A stretch of 64,000 nt of DNA from assembly GCA_004297305.1 (NCBI GenBank), contig SCTR01000007.1:25281-89280 (forward strand), read 5' to 3'. Positions within the stretch are counted from its first letter, which is position 1. Each line of letters opens with the position of its first letter. This DNA comes from Actinomycetota bacterium. Lineage in GTDB: Bacteria; Actinomycetota; Actinomycetes; S36-B12; FW305-bin1. Position numbers and translations under genes: made by a program. The notes under the pieces are model-generated. The model saw nothing but the letters and a program-made list of their open reading frames with translations, was not told the DNA's origin and ran no database searches. Shown one piece after another: positions 1-10,264 of the stretch.

Positions 1-2034
1 CTGCTGTTCGCTGAGATAGCCGAGCAGGTTGTCGACGGCCCAGTCGTCCATCCCGCTGCGCTGCAGCCGGTCTCGGGCTGCTGCCGCGGGCAGGCCGGCG
101 ACGTCTCGGACGTAACCGCCGATCGCCTGGCCCAGTTCGGCGGGCCGGCCGATGGCGTCGCCGTGCCAGAACGGCAGGCGTCCGGGCTGGCCAGGGGCCG
201 GCGATACCAGCACGCGGTCGTGGGTGATGTCCTCGATCCGCCAGGAACTGGCGCCGAGGCTGAAGACGTCGCCGACCCGGGACTCGTAGACCATCTCTTC
301 GTCGAGTTCACCGACACGGCTTGCCTTCTCGCCCACCAGGAATACCCCGAACAGTCCGCGGTCGGGGATGGTGCCGCCGCTGGTGACCGCGAGCCGCTGG
401 GCACCGGGCCGGGTCGTTAACGTGCCGCCGATGCGGTCCCACACCAGGCGCGGTCGTAGCTCGGCGAACTCGTCCGCGGGATAGCGGCCGGACAGCATGT
501 CCAGCACCGCGTCGTACGCCGACTGCGGAAGGGTGGCGAACGGCGCTGCCCGGCGGACGAGGGCGAGCAGCGCGTCCGCGTCCCAGTCGTCGACCGCGAC
601 GGCCGCCACGATGTGCTGGGACAGCACGTCCAGCGGGTTGCGTGGCATCCGCGTCGACTCGATGAGACCGGCGTCCATGCGTTCCACGACCACGGCGGTC
701 TGGACGAGGTCGCCGCGGTACTTCGGGAACACCACGCCGCGGCTGACGGCTCCGACCTGGTGGCCGGCACGGCCGACCCGCTGCAGTCCGCTGGCGACGC
801 TCGGCGGTGATTCCACCTGCACGACCAGGTCGATGGCCCCCATGTCGATGCCGAGTTCGAGGCTGCTGGTCGCCACGACAGCTGGGAGCCGGCCGGCCTT
901 GAGGTCGTCCTCGATGAGAGCGCGTTGTTCCTTGCTCACCGATCCGTGATGGGCGCGGGCCAGCAGCGGGGCGGCGCCGCCGCTGGATCCGGCCTGGGCC
1001 ATCACCGCCGCTGGCGCTCCGCGGGGGTCCAGGGTTTCCCCGCTGGCACGCTCGTGGGCGATCTCGTTGAGCCGGGCGGTCAGGCGTTCGGCGAGCCGTC
1101 GCGAGTTGGCGAACACCAGCGTCGAGCGGTGCGCCGCCACCAGGTCCACGACCCGTTCCTCGACGTGCGGCCAGATCGAGCTGCGGGCGGTGGCTCCGGC
1201 GGCCGGCCCCGTGTGGTCGAGCTCCTCGCCCAGTGCGCCCATGTCGGCGACCGGGACCTCGATGCGCAGCTGCACCTGCTTGTCCGCCGGCGGCGCCACG
1301 ATGGTCAGGCCGCGTCCGGAGTCGTGGGAACCGGCACCGGCAAGGAAACGGGCGACCTCGTCGGGCGGGCGCACCGTCGCCGACAGGCCGATGCGTTGCG
1401 CCGGCCGGGCCAGCAGGGCGTCGAGCCGCTCCAGCGACACCGCCAGGTGCGCCCCGCGCTTGGTGCCGGCCACGGCGTGGACCTCGTCGAGAATCACTGT
1501 CTCGATGCCGCGCAACGACTCTCGTGCCTGCGAGGTCAGCAGCAGGAACAACGATTCCGGCGTGGTGATGAGGATGTCCGGCGGCCGGCGGACCTGCCGT
1601 GCCCGCTCGTTCGGCGGGGTGTCGCCGGTCCGGATCGCCACGGTGATGTCGGGTTCGGGAAGGCCGAGGCGGCTCGCTTCGCGCCGCAGGCCGGTCAGTG
1701 GGCTGCGCAGGTTGCGCTCCACGTCGACGGCCAGCGCCTTCAGCGGCGAGACGTACAGCACTCGGCAGCGGGCTCGGGCGTCGTCCGGGCGCGGCGTACT
1801 GGCGAGTCGGTCGACGGACCACAGGAAGGCGGCGAGTGTCTTGCCGCTGCCGGTCGGTGCCACGACCAACGTGTGGTCGCCCTGGCTGATCGCCGCCCAC
1901 GCACCGATCTGGGCTGGCGTCGGAGCGGCAAACGCCGCGGCGAACCACGATCTCGTCGCCGCCCCGAAACCGGCCGCTTCCAGCGGGGAGGTCCCCGGGC
2001 CGGCAGCCGGTTGTGTCGCGCTCACGGTCGCCAT
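1..2034 (-). CDS. lhr: Lhr-family ATP-dependent DEAD/DEAH-box helicase, N-terminal ~678 codons (3' end runs off the left edge of the window)
   Basis: Absent from the ORF track because this frame has no stop inside the window. My minus-strand translation from ATG 2034 (in-frame GTG at 2025) reads MATVSATQ...FGAATRSWFAAAFAAPTPAQIGAWAAISQGDHTLVVAPTGSGKTLAAFLW. That is a Walker A motif plus the Lhr N-terminal signature. The frame stays open to position 1 (...RDRLQRSGMDDWAVDNLLGYLSEQQ). The listed ORFs here (308..1948-, 925..2052+, 1067..2344+) are R/P/G-rich shadow frames. Confidence 0.85.
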   Translation of the reverse strand, partial: MATVSATQPAAGPGTSPLEAAGFGAATRSWFAAAFAAPTPAQIGAWAAISQGDHTLVVAPTGSGKTLAAFLWSVDRLASTPRPDDARARCRVLYVSPLKALAVDVERNLRSPLTGLRREASRLGLPEPDITVAIRTGDTPPNERARQVRRPPDILITTPESLFLLLTSQARESLRGIETVILDEVHAVAGTKRGAHLAVSLERLDALLARPAQRIGLSATVRPPDEVARFLAGAGSHDSGRGLTIVAPPADKQVQLRIEVPVADMGALGEELDHTGPAAGATARSSIWPHVEERVVDLVAAHRSTLVFANSRRLAERLTARLNEIAHERASGETLDPRGAPAAVMAQAGSSGGAAPLLARAHHGSVSKEQRALIEDDLKAGRLPAVVATSSLELGIDMGAIDLVVQVESPPSVASGLQRVGRAGHQVGAVSRGVVFPKYRGDLVQTAVVVERMDAGLIESTRMPRNPLDVLSQHIVAAVAVDDWDADALLALVRRAAPFATLPQSAYDAVLDMLSGRYPADEFAELRPRLVWDRIGGTLTTRPGAQRLAVTSGGTIPDRGLFGVFLVGEKASRVGELDEEMVYESRVGDVFSLGASSWRIEDITHDRVLVSPAPGQPGRLPFWHGDAIGRPAELGQAIGGYVRDVAGLPAAAARDRLQRSGMDDWAVDNLLGYLSEQQ

Positions 2035-2141
2035 CCTGGCCCAGCGGTCTGACGCCGGCCCGTCGCGATCATCGGGGGAGCACAGCAGCGAAGCGGCGGC
2101 CGCGAGCCGCCGGCGGGCGGGCGGTCGGGCAGGATGGCCGC

Positions 2142-2336
2142 GTGCGGTTGACCGAGTTCTGGGCCAGGCTCGAGGCGGCACTGGGCCCGTCGTACGCCCG
2201 GTCCTGGGCACACGACCACGTCGTCGCGGCGCTCGGCGGGCGCACGGTCGACGAGGCGCTGGATGCCGGGGTAGAGGCGAAAGCGGTCTGGCGGGCCGTC
2301 CACGCGGAGCTCGGCTTGCCGGCCCGGGACCGCTGA
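2142..2336 (+). CDS. DUF3046 family small protein (conserved upstream of recA in actinobacteria)
   Basis: This is the in-frame part of ORF 2013..2336. From GTG 2142 it reads [60 protein letters not shown]. The family identification comes from my memory of the motif, supported by the position next to recA. Confidence 0.75.
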   Translation: MRLTEFWARLEAALGPSYARSWAHDHVVAALGGRTVDEALDAGVEAKAVWRAVHAELGLPARDR

Positions 2337-2414
2337 CCCGATAGGAGCTGAGCCGGTAGCAGCCGACTCGGTAGCAGCAGCCGGGCCACCAGCCGCTGCG
2401 GCGTGTCGCTGTCA

Positions 2415-2430
2415 TCGAACAGGTGTTCGT
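2415..2430. promoter_or_regulatory. LexA (SOS) box upstream of recA
   Basis: TCGAACAGGTGTTCGT matches the actinobacterial/mycobacterial SOS box TCGAAC-N4-GTTCGA at 15 of 16 positions. A TAGGGT -10-like hexamer follows directly, and the site lies about 115 bp upstream of the recA ATG. Confidence 0.85.
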
Positions 2431-2544
2431 TCTAGGGTGAAGCTGTGGGTACGGCGCCCCCAGGGGTGTCGTGGCCGGCAGGGATGTCGGACCGCCGCCC
2501 TAGCGTGCGTCCGGCATCAATCGTTCTCGCCGAAGGAGCCCCTC

Positions 2545-3615
2545 ATGGCTGCGACCCCTGACCGTTCCGTGGCCTCTCGGCCGAACGACAGAGAGAAGGC
2601 GCTGGATTCTGCGCTGGCGCAGATCGAGCGTCAGTTCGGCAAGGGTTCGGTGATGCGGCTGGGCGACGACGGCCGCGCTCCCATCGACGTCATTCCGACC
2701 GGTTCGATCGCCCTCGACGTCGCACTCGGGATCGGCGGTCTTCCGCGGGGCCGCATCATCGAGATCTATGGCCCGGAGTCGTCCGGCAAGACCACCGTCG
2801 CCCTGCACGCGATCGCCAACGTGCAGCGTTCCGGCGGGATCGCGGCCATGATCGACGCCGAGCACGCACTCGACCCGGAGTATGCCAAGAAGCTCGGTGT
2901 CGACCTCGACAGTCTCTATGTCTCGCAACCGGATACCGGCGAGCAGGCACTGGAGATCTGCGACACGCTCGTCCGATCGGGGGCGCTCGATCTCGTCGTC
3001 ATCGACTCGGTTGCCGCTCTGGTTCCGCGAGCGGAGATCGAGGGCGAGATGGGCGACAGCCACGTCGGCCTGCACGCTCGTCTCATGAGTCAGGCGCTGC
3101 GCAAGATGGCCGGCGCGCTGAGCCAGACCAACACCGCGGCGATCTTCATCAATCAGCTGCGGGAGAAGATCGGCGTCATGTTCGGTTCGCCGGAGACGAC
3201 GACCGGTGGCCGGGCCCTGAAGTTCTACGCCTCGGTTCGTCTCGACGTCCGGCGGATCGAGACGTTGAAGGGCGGGACCGAAGCGGTCGGCAACCGCACG
3301 CGCGTCAAGGTCGTGAAGAACAAGGTGAGTCCGCCGTTCAAGCAGGCGGAGTTCGACATTCTCTACGGCGAGGGGATTTCCCGTGAGGGGAGTCTGATCG
3401 ACATGGGCGTCGACCACGGCATCGTGCGCAAGTCGGGCGCGTGGTTCACCTACGAAGGCGATCAGCTCGGCCAAGGCAAGGAAAACGCACGGACCTTCTT
3501 GCGAGACAATCCTGATCTGGCTGACGACATCGAGAAGCGGATCAAAGAAGCGCTGGGCATCGGTGCCCGTGTCGATGCTCCGGCAGTGGACTCGCCGGCA
3601 CCGATCGACATCTGA
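2545..3615 (+). CDS. recA: Recombinase RecA
   Basis: ORF 2437..3615. The likely true start is ATG 2545, preceded by GAAGGAG. The sequence MAATPDRS...[25 protein letters not shown]...[16 protein letters not shown]...[37 protein letters not shown] is unmistakably RecA. Confidence 0.98.
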   Translation: MAATPDRSVASRPNDREKALDSALAQIERQFGKGSVMRLGDDGRAPIDVIPTGSIALDVALGIGGLPRGRIIEIYGPESSGKTTVALHAIANVQRSGGIAAMIDAEHALDPEYAKKLGVDLDSLYVSQPDTGEQALEICDTLVRSGALDLVVIDSVAALVPRAEIEGEMGDSHVGLHARLMSQALRKMAGALSQTNTAAIFINQLREKIGVMFGSPETTTGGRALKFYASVRLDVRRIETLKGGTEAVGNRTRVKVVKNKVSPPFKQAEFDILYGEGISREGSLIDMGVDHGIVRKSGAWFTYEGDQLGQGKENARTFLRDNPDLADDIEKRIKEALGIGARVDAPAVDSPAPIDI

Positions 3616-3617
3616 AT

Positions 3618-4187
3618 GTGAGTTCTGTCGACATCGCCGGGCGTACGCCGATGCCTGTCGACCAGCACGATGGCGGCGCCGCCGATCTGGAGGCGGCGGC
3701 GCGCACCATCGTGCTCCAGCGATTGACTGCGTCCGCGCAGACTCGGGCGCAGCTGGAGGCCACGCTGGCACGCCGCGGTGTGCGACCGGAGATCGCAAAG
3801 ACGGTGCTGGACCGCCTGACCGAGGTCGGCCTGGTGGACGACGTGGCATTCGCTCACGCCTGGGTCCAGTCCCGGCATGCCGGCCGAGGGTTGTCGGCCC
3901 GGGCGTTGGAGCACGAACTGCGGCAGCGGGGTATCCCGCCGGAGGTCATCACCGAGGCCGTCGCCACAGTCGATTCGGCGGCCGAACGGCAACGGGCGGC
4001 CGACCTGGTCGCTCGCGTGATGCGCCGGACCGCGGGTTTGGCCGTCGATGTTCGCCGTCGCCGGCTCACCGCGATGCTGGCGCGCAAGGGCTATCCGCCC
4101 GCGGTCGCGTACGCCGTGGTCCACGCGGCCCTGCGCGGCCAGGAGTCTGTCGATGCGGAACTGGCCGATCCGGAGTTCGTCGACTGA
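3618..4187 (+). CDS. recX: Recombination regulator RecX
   Basis: Starts 3 nt after the recA stop. The sequence ...ARTIVLQRLTASAQTRAQLEATLARRGVRPEIAKTVLDRLTEVGLVDDVAFAHAWVQSR...LEHELRQRGI shows typical RecX repeats. The exact start is uncertain. Confidence 0.9.
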   Translation: MSSVDIAGRTPMPVDQHDGGAADLEAAARTIVLQRLTASAQTRAQLEATLARRGVRPEIAKTVLDRLTEVGLVDDVAFAHAWVQSRHAGRGLSARALEHELRQRGIPPEVITEAVATVDSAAERQRAADLVARVMRRTAGLAVDVRRRRLTAMLARKGYPPAVAYAVVHAALRGQESVDAELADPEFVD

Positions 4188-4287
4188 GCGCAGCAGTCGG
4201 ACTGATAGGCGCGGTACTGACAGGCGGGTTATTACAGGCGCGCTGCCAACAGGGAAGGGGCGCGCGGCGGTCGCCGGAGCGATGGCG

Positions 4288-4989
4288 TCAGGTGTCGGTG
4301 GAGTTCTCACCGAGCCGGGCCACGCCGCGCGCGAACGAATCGGCCAGCGCCGTGAAGGTCTGCAGGTCGTCAGTCGAGAAGTCGGCGACGATGCGCTCGA
4401 TCACCGAAATCCTGGCGTCGGTGAGGGCGCGGACGGCATCCCGGCCCGCGTCGCTGAGCGATACGACAGTGCGTCGCCGGTCGTGGGGGTCGGCATTGCG
4501 GACGACCAGACCCTCCGCCTCGGCATCGGCGAGCAGCCGGCTCGCCGTCGATTGATCCAGTTGCATGGTGGCGGCCACGTCCTTGACCGAGATCGATGTT
4601 CCGGTTGCCGAGAGGTCGGCGATTTTCTGACAGGCCAGAAGCTTGGCCAGGTCGATCCGGCGTCCCAGGCGTTCGGCGATGTAGCTCTGAACCGGCGGCC
4701 GGGTGAACAGCAGTCGAAGTCCGTCCAGCACGTCGCCGAGCAGATTGACCGCAGCCAATCGTTCGGCCCGCTCCGTTCCCGCTTCGTCCGGTCCCGGCGC
4801 CTCGGGGTCGGTCGGCGCTTCCAACGTGGCGTCGACGGAACGCGCAGCTGACGTCTGCGGAGGACCGGCAGACGGACGGCTCGGGCGCTGCCACACTGGC
4901 GACGACGATTCGGTGCCCGCAGCACGCCGGACCGCCGGTGCGACGGGAGTCACCCCGGGCGGCCTGGGCAAGTCATTTGCATGTGCCAC
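4288..4989 (-). CDS. MarR-family transcriptional regulator (start probably internal to the listed ORF)
   Basis: The C-terminal ~150 aa (LLACQKIADLSATGTSISVKDVAATMQLDQSTASRLLADAEAEGLVVRNADPHDRRRTVVSLSDAGRDAV) form a MarR winged helix. The first ~80 residues are low-complexity, and a start at 4989 would leave too little divergent promoter space. Confidence 0.8.
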   Translation of the reverse strand: MAHANDLPRPPGVTPVAPAVRRAAGTESSSPVWQRPSRPSAGPPQTSAARSVDATLEAPTDPEAPGPDEAGTERAERLAAVNLLGDVLDGLRLLFTRPPVQSYIAERLGRRIDLAKLLACQKIADLSATGTSISVKDVAATMQLDQSTASRLLADAEAEGLVVRNADPHDRRRTVVSLSDAGRDAVRALTDARISVIERIVADFSTDDLQTFTALADSFARGVARLGENSTDT

Positions 4990-5053
4990 ACATACACTCT
5001 AGCCTCGGCGATCACAGGTGGCGACCGGAGCCATCACTGAGGGGAGCACGCGC

Positions 5054-7525
5054 ATGGGTGGGTTGTCACGGTGGGCGGTCCTGCACCCGAAGTCGGCGAT
5101 CTTGGGGTGGTTCGTCCTCATGGTCGTCGTCTTCGTCGGTGGCGGGGCTGCGGCCGGCACGCTCAACGACTCGTTCAACCTTCCGGACACCGAGTCCACC
5201 ACCGCCCAGACGTTGCTCGAGTCCAACGGCACCTCCCAGGCGGCGTTCGGCAACACCGCCAAGGTGGTGTTCTCGCCGTCCACCGGCACCGTGACCGACC
5301 CCGCGGTGGTCCAGCGGGTGACGACCCTCGCCAACGAGATCGCGGCCGTCCCCTCCGTCGAGTGTGTGCAGAACCCCTTGGGCCAGAACGTCGGCGCCAA
5401 GTGTGCGGCCGATTCCGGTGTGCCGGACCTGTCGAAGCTCACGCCGGCGCAGCAGGCCGAGGCAGCCAAGGCCCTCGCCGTCTTCTCGCCGATCAGCCCG
5501 GACAAGTCCGTCGGCTACCTGACCGTCGACTTCGCCGGAGCGGCTGAGGACGTTCCGGTCGATGACGCCACCAAGGTGCTCAACCTGGTCAAGGCGGCCA
5601 ACGGATCCACCGTCGGCAACGCCACGCTGACCGTGGGCGCCAACGGTGACGTCCTCACCTTCGCCGGTCAGGAGCCGCCCAGCAGCGAACTCATCGGCAT
5701 CCTGGTCGCGCTGATCATTCTGCTGTTCGCTTTTGGCTCCGTCGTCGGCGCGATTCTGCCGATCTTGTCGGCCACGATCTCGCTGAGCCTCGGCTTGGTC
5801 TTGGTCAACGTCGCAGCGCGTTGGCTCGACGTCGCGACCTTCGCGCCGATCCTCGCCTCGATGATCGGGCTCGGCGTCGGCATCGACTATTCGCTGTTCG
5901 TGATCAACCGGTTCCGGCAGGCACTCGACGTCGGCCGGACCTCGCGCGAGGCCGCGCTCGAGGCCGTCCGAACCGCAGGCCGCGCCGTCCAGTTCGCGGC
6001 GGTCACCGTCGTCATCGCCCTGCTCGGCCTGTTCATCCTGCGCATCAACTTCTTCAACGGCCTCGCTGTCGCGGCTGCCGTGACGGTGTTCATGGTCATG
6101 CTCGGTGCCTTGTGGTTGCTGCCGGCCTTCCTGTCACTGGTCGGGCACCGTGCCTTCGGCGTGCGGATGCCGTGGGTGTCGAAGCTGGCGCCGCACGTCG
6201 CCCCGCCCATGAAGGGCGACAAGCACCCCGGCATCCTCGCCGCGTTCCGCGCCGTGGGGATCGGCGTTCGCTGGTTCTTCTGGATCCTGTTCTTCCCGAT
6301 CTCGCTCATCGGGCTCGCCTGGCACAAGCTCACCAGTGGACGTGCCCACGAGCACGGCAACGCCTTCGCCCGGCACGGCAACCGGCTGCAGCGGCACCCG
6401 TGGCTGATCGGCGGTTCGGCGTTCATCGTCATGATGCTGTTCGCCATCCCGGCGTTCTCGATCCGGCAGGGCTTCGCCGATGACAGCGGTGCCCCGGTCG
6501 GCAGCCCGGCCAAGATCGGCTACGACCTGCTCAGCGAGGGCTTCGGCCCGGGCAGCAACGGGCCGTTCTTCGTCGCGGCGCAGCTGCCGGCACCCGGCCA
6601 GGCCGCGGGGGTACCGGCACTGGTGCAGGCACTCGCCTCGGCTCCCGACGTGGCTCAGGCCGTGGCAATCCCGAACTTCACCGATCCGGGCGCCGACGTG
6701 GTGTCGATCATCGTCGTGCCGAAGTCGGCGCCACAGGACGAGGCCACGTCGGATCTGCTCTCGACTCTGCGCTCCGACGTGATCCCGCAGGCGACGGCGT
6801 CGTCGGGGATCAAGGCCTATGTCGGTGGGACCCAGGCGATCACGCAGGACTTCACCACCGTCCTCGTCGAGAAGCTGCCGCTGTTCCTCGCGGTCGTCGT
6901 CGGTCTGGGCTTCCTCGTGCTCGTCGTCCTGTTCCGGTCTCTGGTTGTCCCGCTCACCGCGGTTCTGACCAGCCTGCTCTCGCTCGGGGCGGCGATCGGG
7001 ATCACCGTCGCCGTGTTCCAGTGGGGCTGGCTGACCAGCGTGTTCGGTGTGACCGCGACCGGGCCGATCTTCCCGTTCCTGCCGATCATGTTGTTCGCGA
7101 TCCTGTTCGGCCTCTCGATGGACTACCAGGTGTTCCTGGTGACCCGGATGCAGGAGGAGTGGCTGCATCGGGGCGACAACCGGGCCGCCGTTCGACGTGG
7201 CCTGGCCGGTTCCGGTCGGGTCGTGGCGATCGCGGCGGCGATCATGGGCTCGGTGTTCGCCGCGTTCATTCCGACGAACGTGACGTTCATCAAACTGTTC
7301 GGCGTGGCCCTGGCCTCCGCCGTGCTCCTCGACGCGTTCGTCGTCCGGCTCATCATCGTGCCGTCGCTGATGACCGTGCTCGGCCGGGTGAACTGGTGGC
7401 TGCCCGGCTGGCTGGACAAGATCATTCCGCATGTCTCGGTGGAGTCCGAGGAGGACTACGAGGCCGAGGCGGCGGCGATCGAGGATGTTCCGGAGGACGA
7501 GCTGGAAAGTGCCGGCGAGCGGTAG
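5054..7525 (+). CDS. MMPL-family (RND superfamily) membrane transporter
   Basis: ORF 5018..7525. ATG 5054 is preceded by GAGGGGAG. There are two blocks of multiple hydrophobic helices (..GIDYSLFVINRFRQ.. and ..GLSMDYQVFLVTRMQEE..), which is typical of MMPL. The gene is divergent from the MarR gene. Confidence 0.9.
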   Translation: MGGLSRWAVLHPKSAILGWFVLMVVVFVGGGAAAGTLNDSFNLPDTESTTAQTLLESNGTSQAAFGNTAKVVFSPSTGTVTDPAVVQRVTTLANEIAAVPSVECVQNPLGQNVGAKCAADSGVPDLSKLTPAQQAEAAKALAVFSPISPDKSVGYLTVDFAGAAEDVPVDDATKVLNLVKAANGSTVGNATLTVGANGDVLTFAGQEPPSSELIGILVALIILLFAFGSVVGAILPILSATISLSLGLVLVNVAARWLDVATFAPILASMIGLGVGIDYSLFVINRFRQALDVGRTSREAALEAVRTAGRAVQFAAVTVVIALLGLFILRINFFNGLAVAAAVTVFMVMLGALWLLPAFLSLVGHRAFGVRMPWVSKLAPHVAPPMKGDKHPGILAAFRAVGIGVRWFFWILFFPISLIGLAWHKLTSGRAHEHGNAFARHGNRLQRHPWLIGGSAFIVMMLFAIPAFSIRQGFADDSGAPVGSPAKIGYDLLSEGFGPGSNGPFFVAAQLPAPGQAAGVPALVQALASAPDVAQAVAIPNFTDPGADVVSIIVVPKSAPQDEATSDLLSTLRSDVIPQATASSGIKAYVGGTQAITQDFTTVLVEKLPLFLAVVVGLGFLVLVVLFRSLVVPLTAVLTSLLSLGAAIGITVAVFQWGWLTSVFGVTATGPIFPFLPIMLFAILFGLSMDYQVFLVTRMQEEWLHRGDNRAAVRRGLAGSGRVVAIAAAIMGSVFAAFIPTNVTFIKLFGVALASAVLLDAFVVRLIIVPSLMTVLGRVNWWLPGWLDKIIPHVSVESEEDYEAEAAAIEDVPEDELESAGER

Positions 7526-7547
7526 CGGCGCCGGCGCGCCGTAGCCT

Positions 7548-9035
7548 GTGACGGTGACACGCACCTACGAGGTCCGCACGTTCGGTTGCCAGATGAACGT
7601 GCACGACTCCGAACGCCTCTCGGGCCTGCTCGAGGACGCTGGCTACACCTCAGCTGCACCCGGGTCGACGCCGGATGTCCTGGTCCTCAACACCTGTGCG
7701 GTCCGGGAGAACGCCGACAACCGGCTCTACGGTAACCTCGGCCAGCTCCTGCCGGTCAAGGCCGGCCATCCGGGGATGCAGATCGCCGTCGGTGGTTGCC
7801 TCGCGCAGAAGGACCGCGGCGAGATCACCCGGCGGGCACCCTGGGTCGACGTCGTCTTCGGCACGCACAACCTCGGTTCGCTTCCGGTGCTGTTGGAACG
7901 CGCCAGGATCGCCGAAGAAGCGCAGGTCGAGATTCTGGAGCACCTGCAGGAGTTTCCCTCGACGCTGCCGACCCGGCGGGAGTCGCCGTACGCCGCCTGG
8001 GTCGCGATCTCGGTGGGCTGCAACAACACCTGCACGTTCTGCATCGTGCCGTCGCTGCGTGGGACGGAGAAGGACCGCCGTCCCGGCGATGTCCTCGCCG
8101 AGGTCGAAGCGCTGGTGGCCGAAGGGGTTCTGGAAGTCACCCTGCTGGGGCAGAACGTCAACGCGTACGGCGTGGAGTTCGGCGACCGCGGCGCGTTCGC
8201 CGACTTGTTGCGAGCCTGCGGGGACGTCGAAGGACTCGAGCGGGTCCGCTTCACCAGCCCACATCCACGCGACTTCACCGATGACGTCATCGATGCCATG
8301 GCGAACACCCCGAACGTCATGCCGCAGTTGCACATGCCGCTGCAGTCCGGCTCGGACGCCGTGCTGGCCCGCATGCGCCGCTCTTACCGGCAGGAGCGCT
8401 ACCTCGGCATCGTCGAACGGGTACGTGAGGCGATTCCGCAGGCCGCCATCACCACCGACATCATCGTCGGGTTCCCGGGGGAGACCGAGGCCGACTTCGC
8501 CGAGACGCTCGCCGTCGTCCGGGCGGCCCGATTCGCCAGCGCCTTCACCTTCCAGTACTCCCCGCGTCCCGGGACGCCCGCGGCCACCATGCCGGACCAG
8601 GTGCCGGCCGAGGTCGTGGCGGAGCGCTATCAGCGGCTGGTGGCCATCGTCGAAGACGTCGCCTGGGCGGAGAACCGCGCCCTGCAGGGCGAGATCGTCG
8701 AGGTGCTGCTGGCCGAAGGGGAGGGGCGCAAGGACGCCGCCACCCGACGGCTGTCGGGGCGGGCGCGTGACAACCGGTTGGTCCACGTCGCCGTCCCGAG
8801 CGACGGGCAGCCGCGGCCCGGTGATCTGGTCACCGCGCGCGTCACGTACGCCGCGCCGCATCATCTGGTCGCCGATGAGGTGCTGGGTGTCCGCGCGACC
8901 CGGGCCGGCGACGCCTGGCAGTCGCGTGCCGCAGCGCCGCCGGACGTCGCGCCATCGCCCACGAGGGTTGCGCTCGGCATGCCGCAGGTCAGGCCGGCCG
9001 GCGCGACAGCCGATTCCGCCGTGGCCCTCGCCTGA
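7548..9035 (+). CDS. miaB: tRNA-2-methylthio-N6-dimethylallyladenosine synthase MiaB (radical SAM)
   Basis: [28 protein letters not shown]..., radical-SAM [11 protein letters not shown], and a C-terminal TRAM-like region. Confidence 0.95.
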   Translation: MTVTRTYEVRTFGCQMNVHDSERLSGLLEDAGYTSAAPGSTPDVLVLNTCAVRENADNRLYGNLGQLLPVKAGHPGMQIAVGGCLAQKDRGEITRRAPWVDVVFGTHNLGSLPVLLERARIAEEAQVEILEHLQEFPSTLPTRRESPYAAWVAISVGCNNTCTFCIVPSLRGTEKDRRPGDVLAEVEALVAEGVLEVTLLGQNVNAYGVEFGDRGAFADLLRACGDVEGLERVRFTSPHPRDFTDDVIDAMANTPNVMPQLHMPLQSGSDAVLARMRRSYRQERYLGIVERVREAIPQAAITTDIIVGFPGETEADFAETLAVVRAARFASAFTFQYSPRPGTPAATMPDQVPAEVVAERYQRLVAIVEDVAWAENRALQGEIVEVLLAEGEGRKDAATRRLSGRARDNRLVHVAVPSDGQPRPGDLVTARVTYAAPHHLVADEVLGVRATRAGDAWQSRAAAPPDVAPSPTRVALGMPQVRPAGATADSAVALA

Positions 9036-9077
9036 CCACCTGCGGGCGGCGGCAGGGCGGGCTCTAAGGTCGTCGCC

Positions 9078-9884
9078 ATGATCGACGCGGTGGTGTTCCT
9101 TCCCACGGCGCCGATCGTCGTGCCGGAGATCGCCGGCGCTGCCGCCCCCGAACTGGACCATCTCCGGGCGGCGGCCGACGAGACGTTGGCCGGGGTCCTC
9201 GGCCCAGCTGCTCCCGATCGAGTGATCCTGCTGGCCGTCGCACCGCAGCCGTGGGACGTCACCGACACCACCAACCCCGCCGCGGGTGACTTCGCGGACC
9301 TGGGTCTCAACATCGACCTCACCGTTGAGGTCAACCACGGCGCCGCGGCTATGAATGCCGATTGGCTGGTCCCACTGGGGCTACGGCTCGGCGCCTGGCA
9401 GCTGCAGCGGGTGGGGTGGTCCGGCGCGGTGCGAGCAGTCGCGGTCGCGGCCACCGCGACGGATGCGGAGCTCGACGCGACGGGGTCGGCGCTGGCCACC
9501 GACCCCGGCGAGCGCGTGGTGCTGGTGGTGATGGGAGACGGTTCCGCTCGACGCGGAGTCGCGGCGCCCGGCTATCTCGATCCCCGGGCGGAGGCCTACG
9601 ACAAGGAGTGGCTCGAGTCGATCCGCGACGGCGATCCGGCCGCTCTGGCCGACCTCGACCGCGACGTCGCTGCTGAACTGCTGGTCGGTGGGGCGCCTGC
9701 CTGGCGCGCCGCAGCGGCCGCGACCGCGCAGGCGGACTGGGACGCCCATGTCGCCGTCGAGGAAGCTCGGTACGGCGTGGCCATGGTGGTCGGCAGCTGG
9801 CGACGGGTGCCCGACACGGTGTCCCCGCGCCCGGCGGCCGCCCCCGGGCGCGAGGACCGGGAGCGGCCGTTGCGGCGCGGCTGA
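9078..9884 (+). CDS. Conserved hypothetical protein downstream of miaB (function unknown; a LigB/class III dioxygenase-like fold is only a guess)
   Basis: A 268-aa ORF with ordinary amino-acid composition, in the same position as the conserved hypothetical gene after miaB in mycobacteria. I recognise no diagnostic motif. Confidence 0.6.
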   Translation: MIDAVVFLPTAPIVVPEIAGAAAPELDHLRAAADETLAGVLGPAAPDRVILLAVAPQPWDVTDTTNPAAGDFADLGLNIDLTVEVNHGAAAMNADWLVPLGLRLGAWQLQRVGWSGAVRAVAVAATATDAELDATGSALATDPGERVVLVVMGDGSARRGVAAPGYLDPRAEAYDKEWLESIRDGDPAALADLDRDVAAELLVGGAPAWRAAAAATAQADWDAHVAVEEARYGVAMVVGSWRRVPDTVSPRPAAAPGREDRERPLRRG

Positions 9885-9897
9885 CGCCCGGCCGGCG

Positions 9898-10209
9898 TCA
9901 GACCGACGGGTCAGCCGGCGGGGTCTTGTCCTCGCCGCTCTTCAACGCGTCGACCGCCTTACCGGTGAGGTCGTCGACCTTGTCGGTGACAGTGGTGATC
10001 TTGCCGCCGGTCTTGTCGTCGACGAAGTCCGTGCCCTTCTCGACCGCGCCAGTCACCTTGTCTCCGTGCTGGTCGGCGAGGCCGCCGACCTTTTCCTTGA
10101 GGTCGCCAGCGATGTCCTTGGCCTTCTCGGCAACCTCGCTGGCGACGTCCTTTGCCTTGTCGGCGAACTCGCCGGCCTTCTCCTTGAAGTTGTCGAACGT
10201 TCCGCTCAC
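9898..10209 (-). CDS. Small Lys/Asp-rich protein of the Rv0909/MT0933-like putative antitoxin family
   Basis: MSGTFDNFKEKAGEFADKAKD...GDKVTGAVEKGTDFVDDKTGGKITTVTDKVDDLTGKA carries the repeated DK..G..VD.KTGGK pattern of that family. No partner toxin gene is adjacent. Confidence 0.6.
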   Translation of the reverse strand: MSGTFDNFKEKAGEFADKAKDVASEVAEKAKDIAGDLKEKVGGLADQHGDKVTGAVEKGTDFVDDKTGGKITTVTDKVDDLTGKAVDALKSGEDKTPPADPSV

Positions 10210-10264
10210 GACTGAGCTCCTTCCCTGACGCCTGAAGGGACCAACCTAGGGGAGGATCCCGGCC

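Noticed and set aside
308-1948. 546-aa minus-strand ORF and the overlapping plus-strand ORFs 925..2052 and 1067..2344
   Set aside because: They have extreme Arg/Pro/Gly composition and no motifs. They are shadow frames of the real Lhr gene, which reads in a different minus frame and has clear helicase motifs.
2337-2544. RecA-independent (PafBC/RecA-NDp-type) promoter motif upstream of recA
   Set aside because: TGTCG-containing strings are present (2403-2410, ~2468). Their spacing to any TAnnnT hexamer does not fit the motif as I remember it, so I cannot support the call without a PWM.
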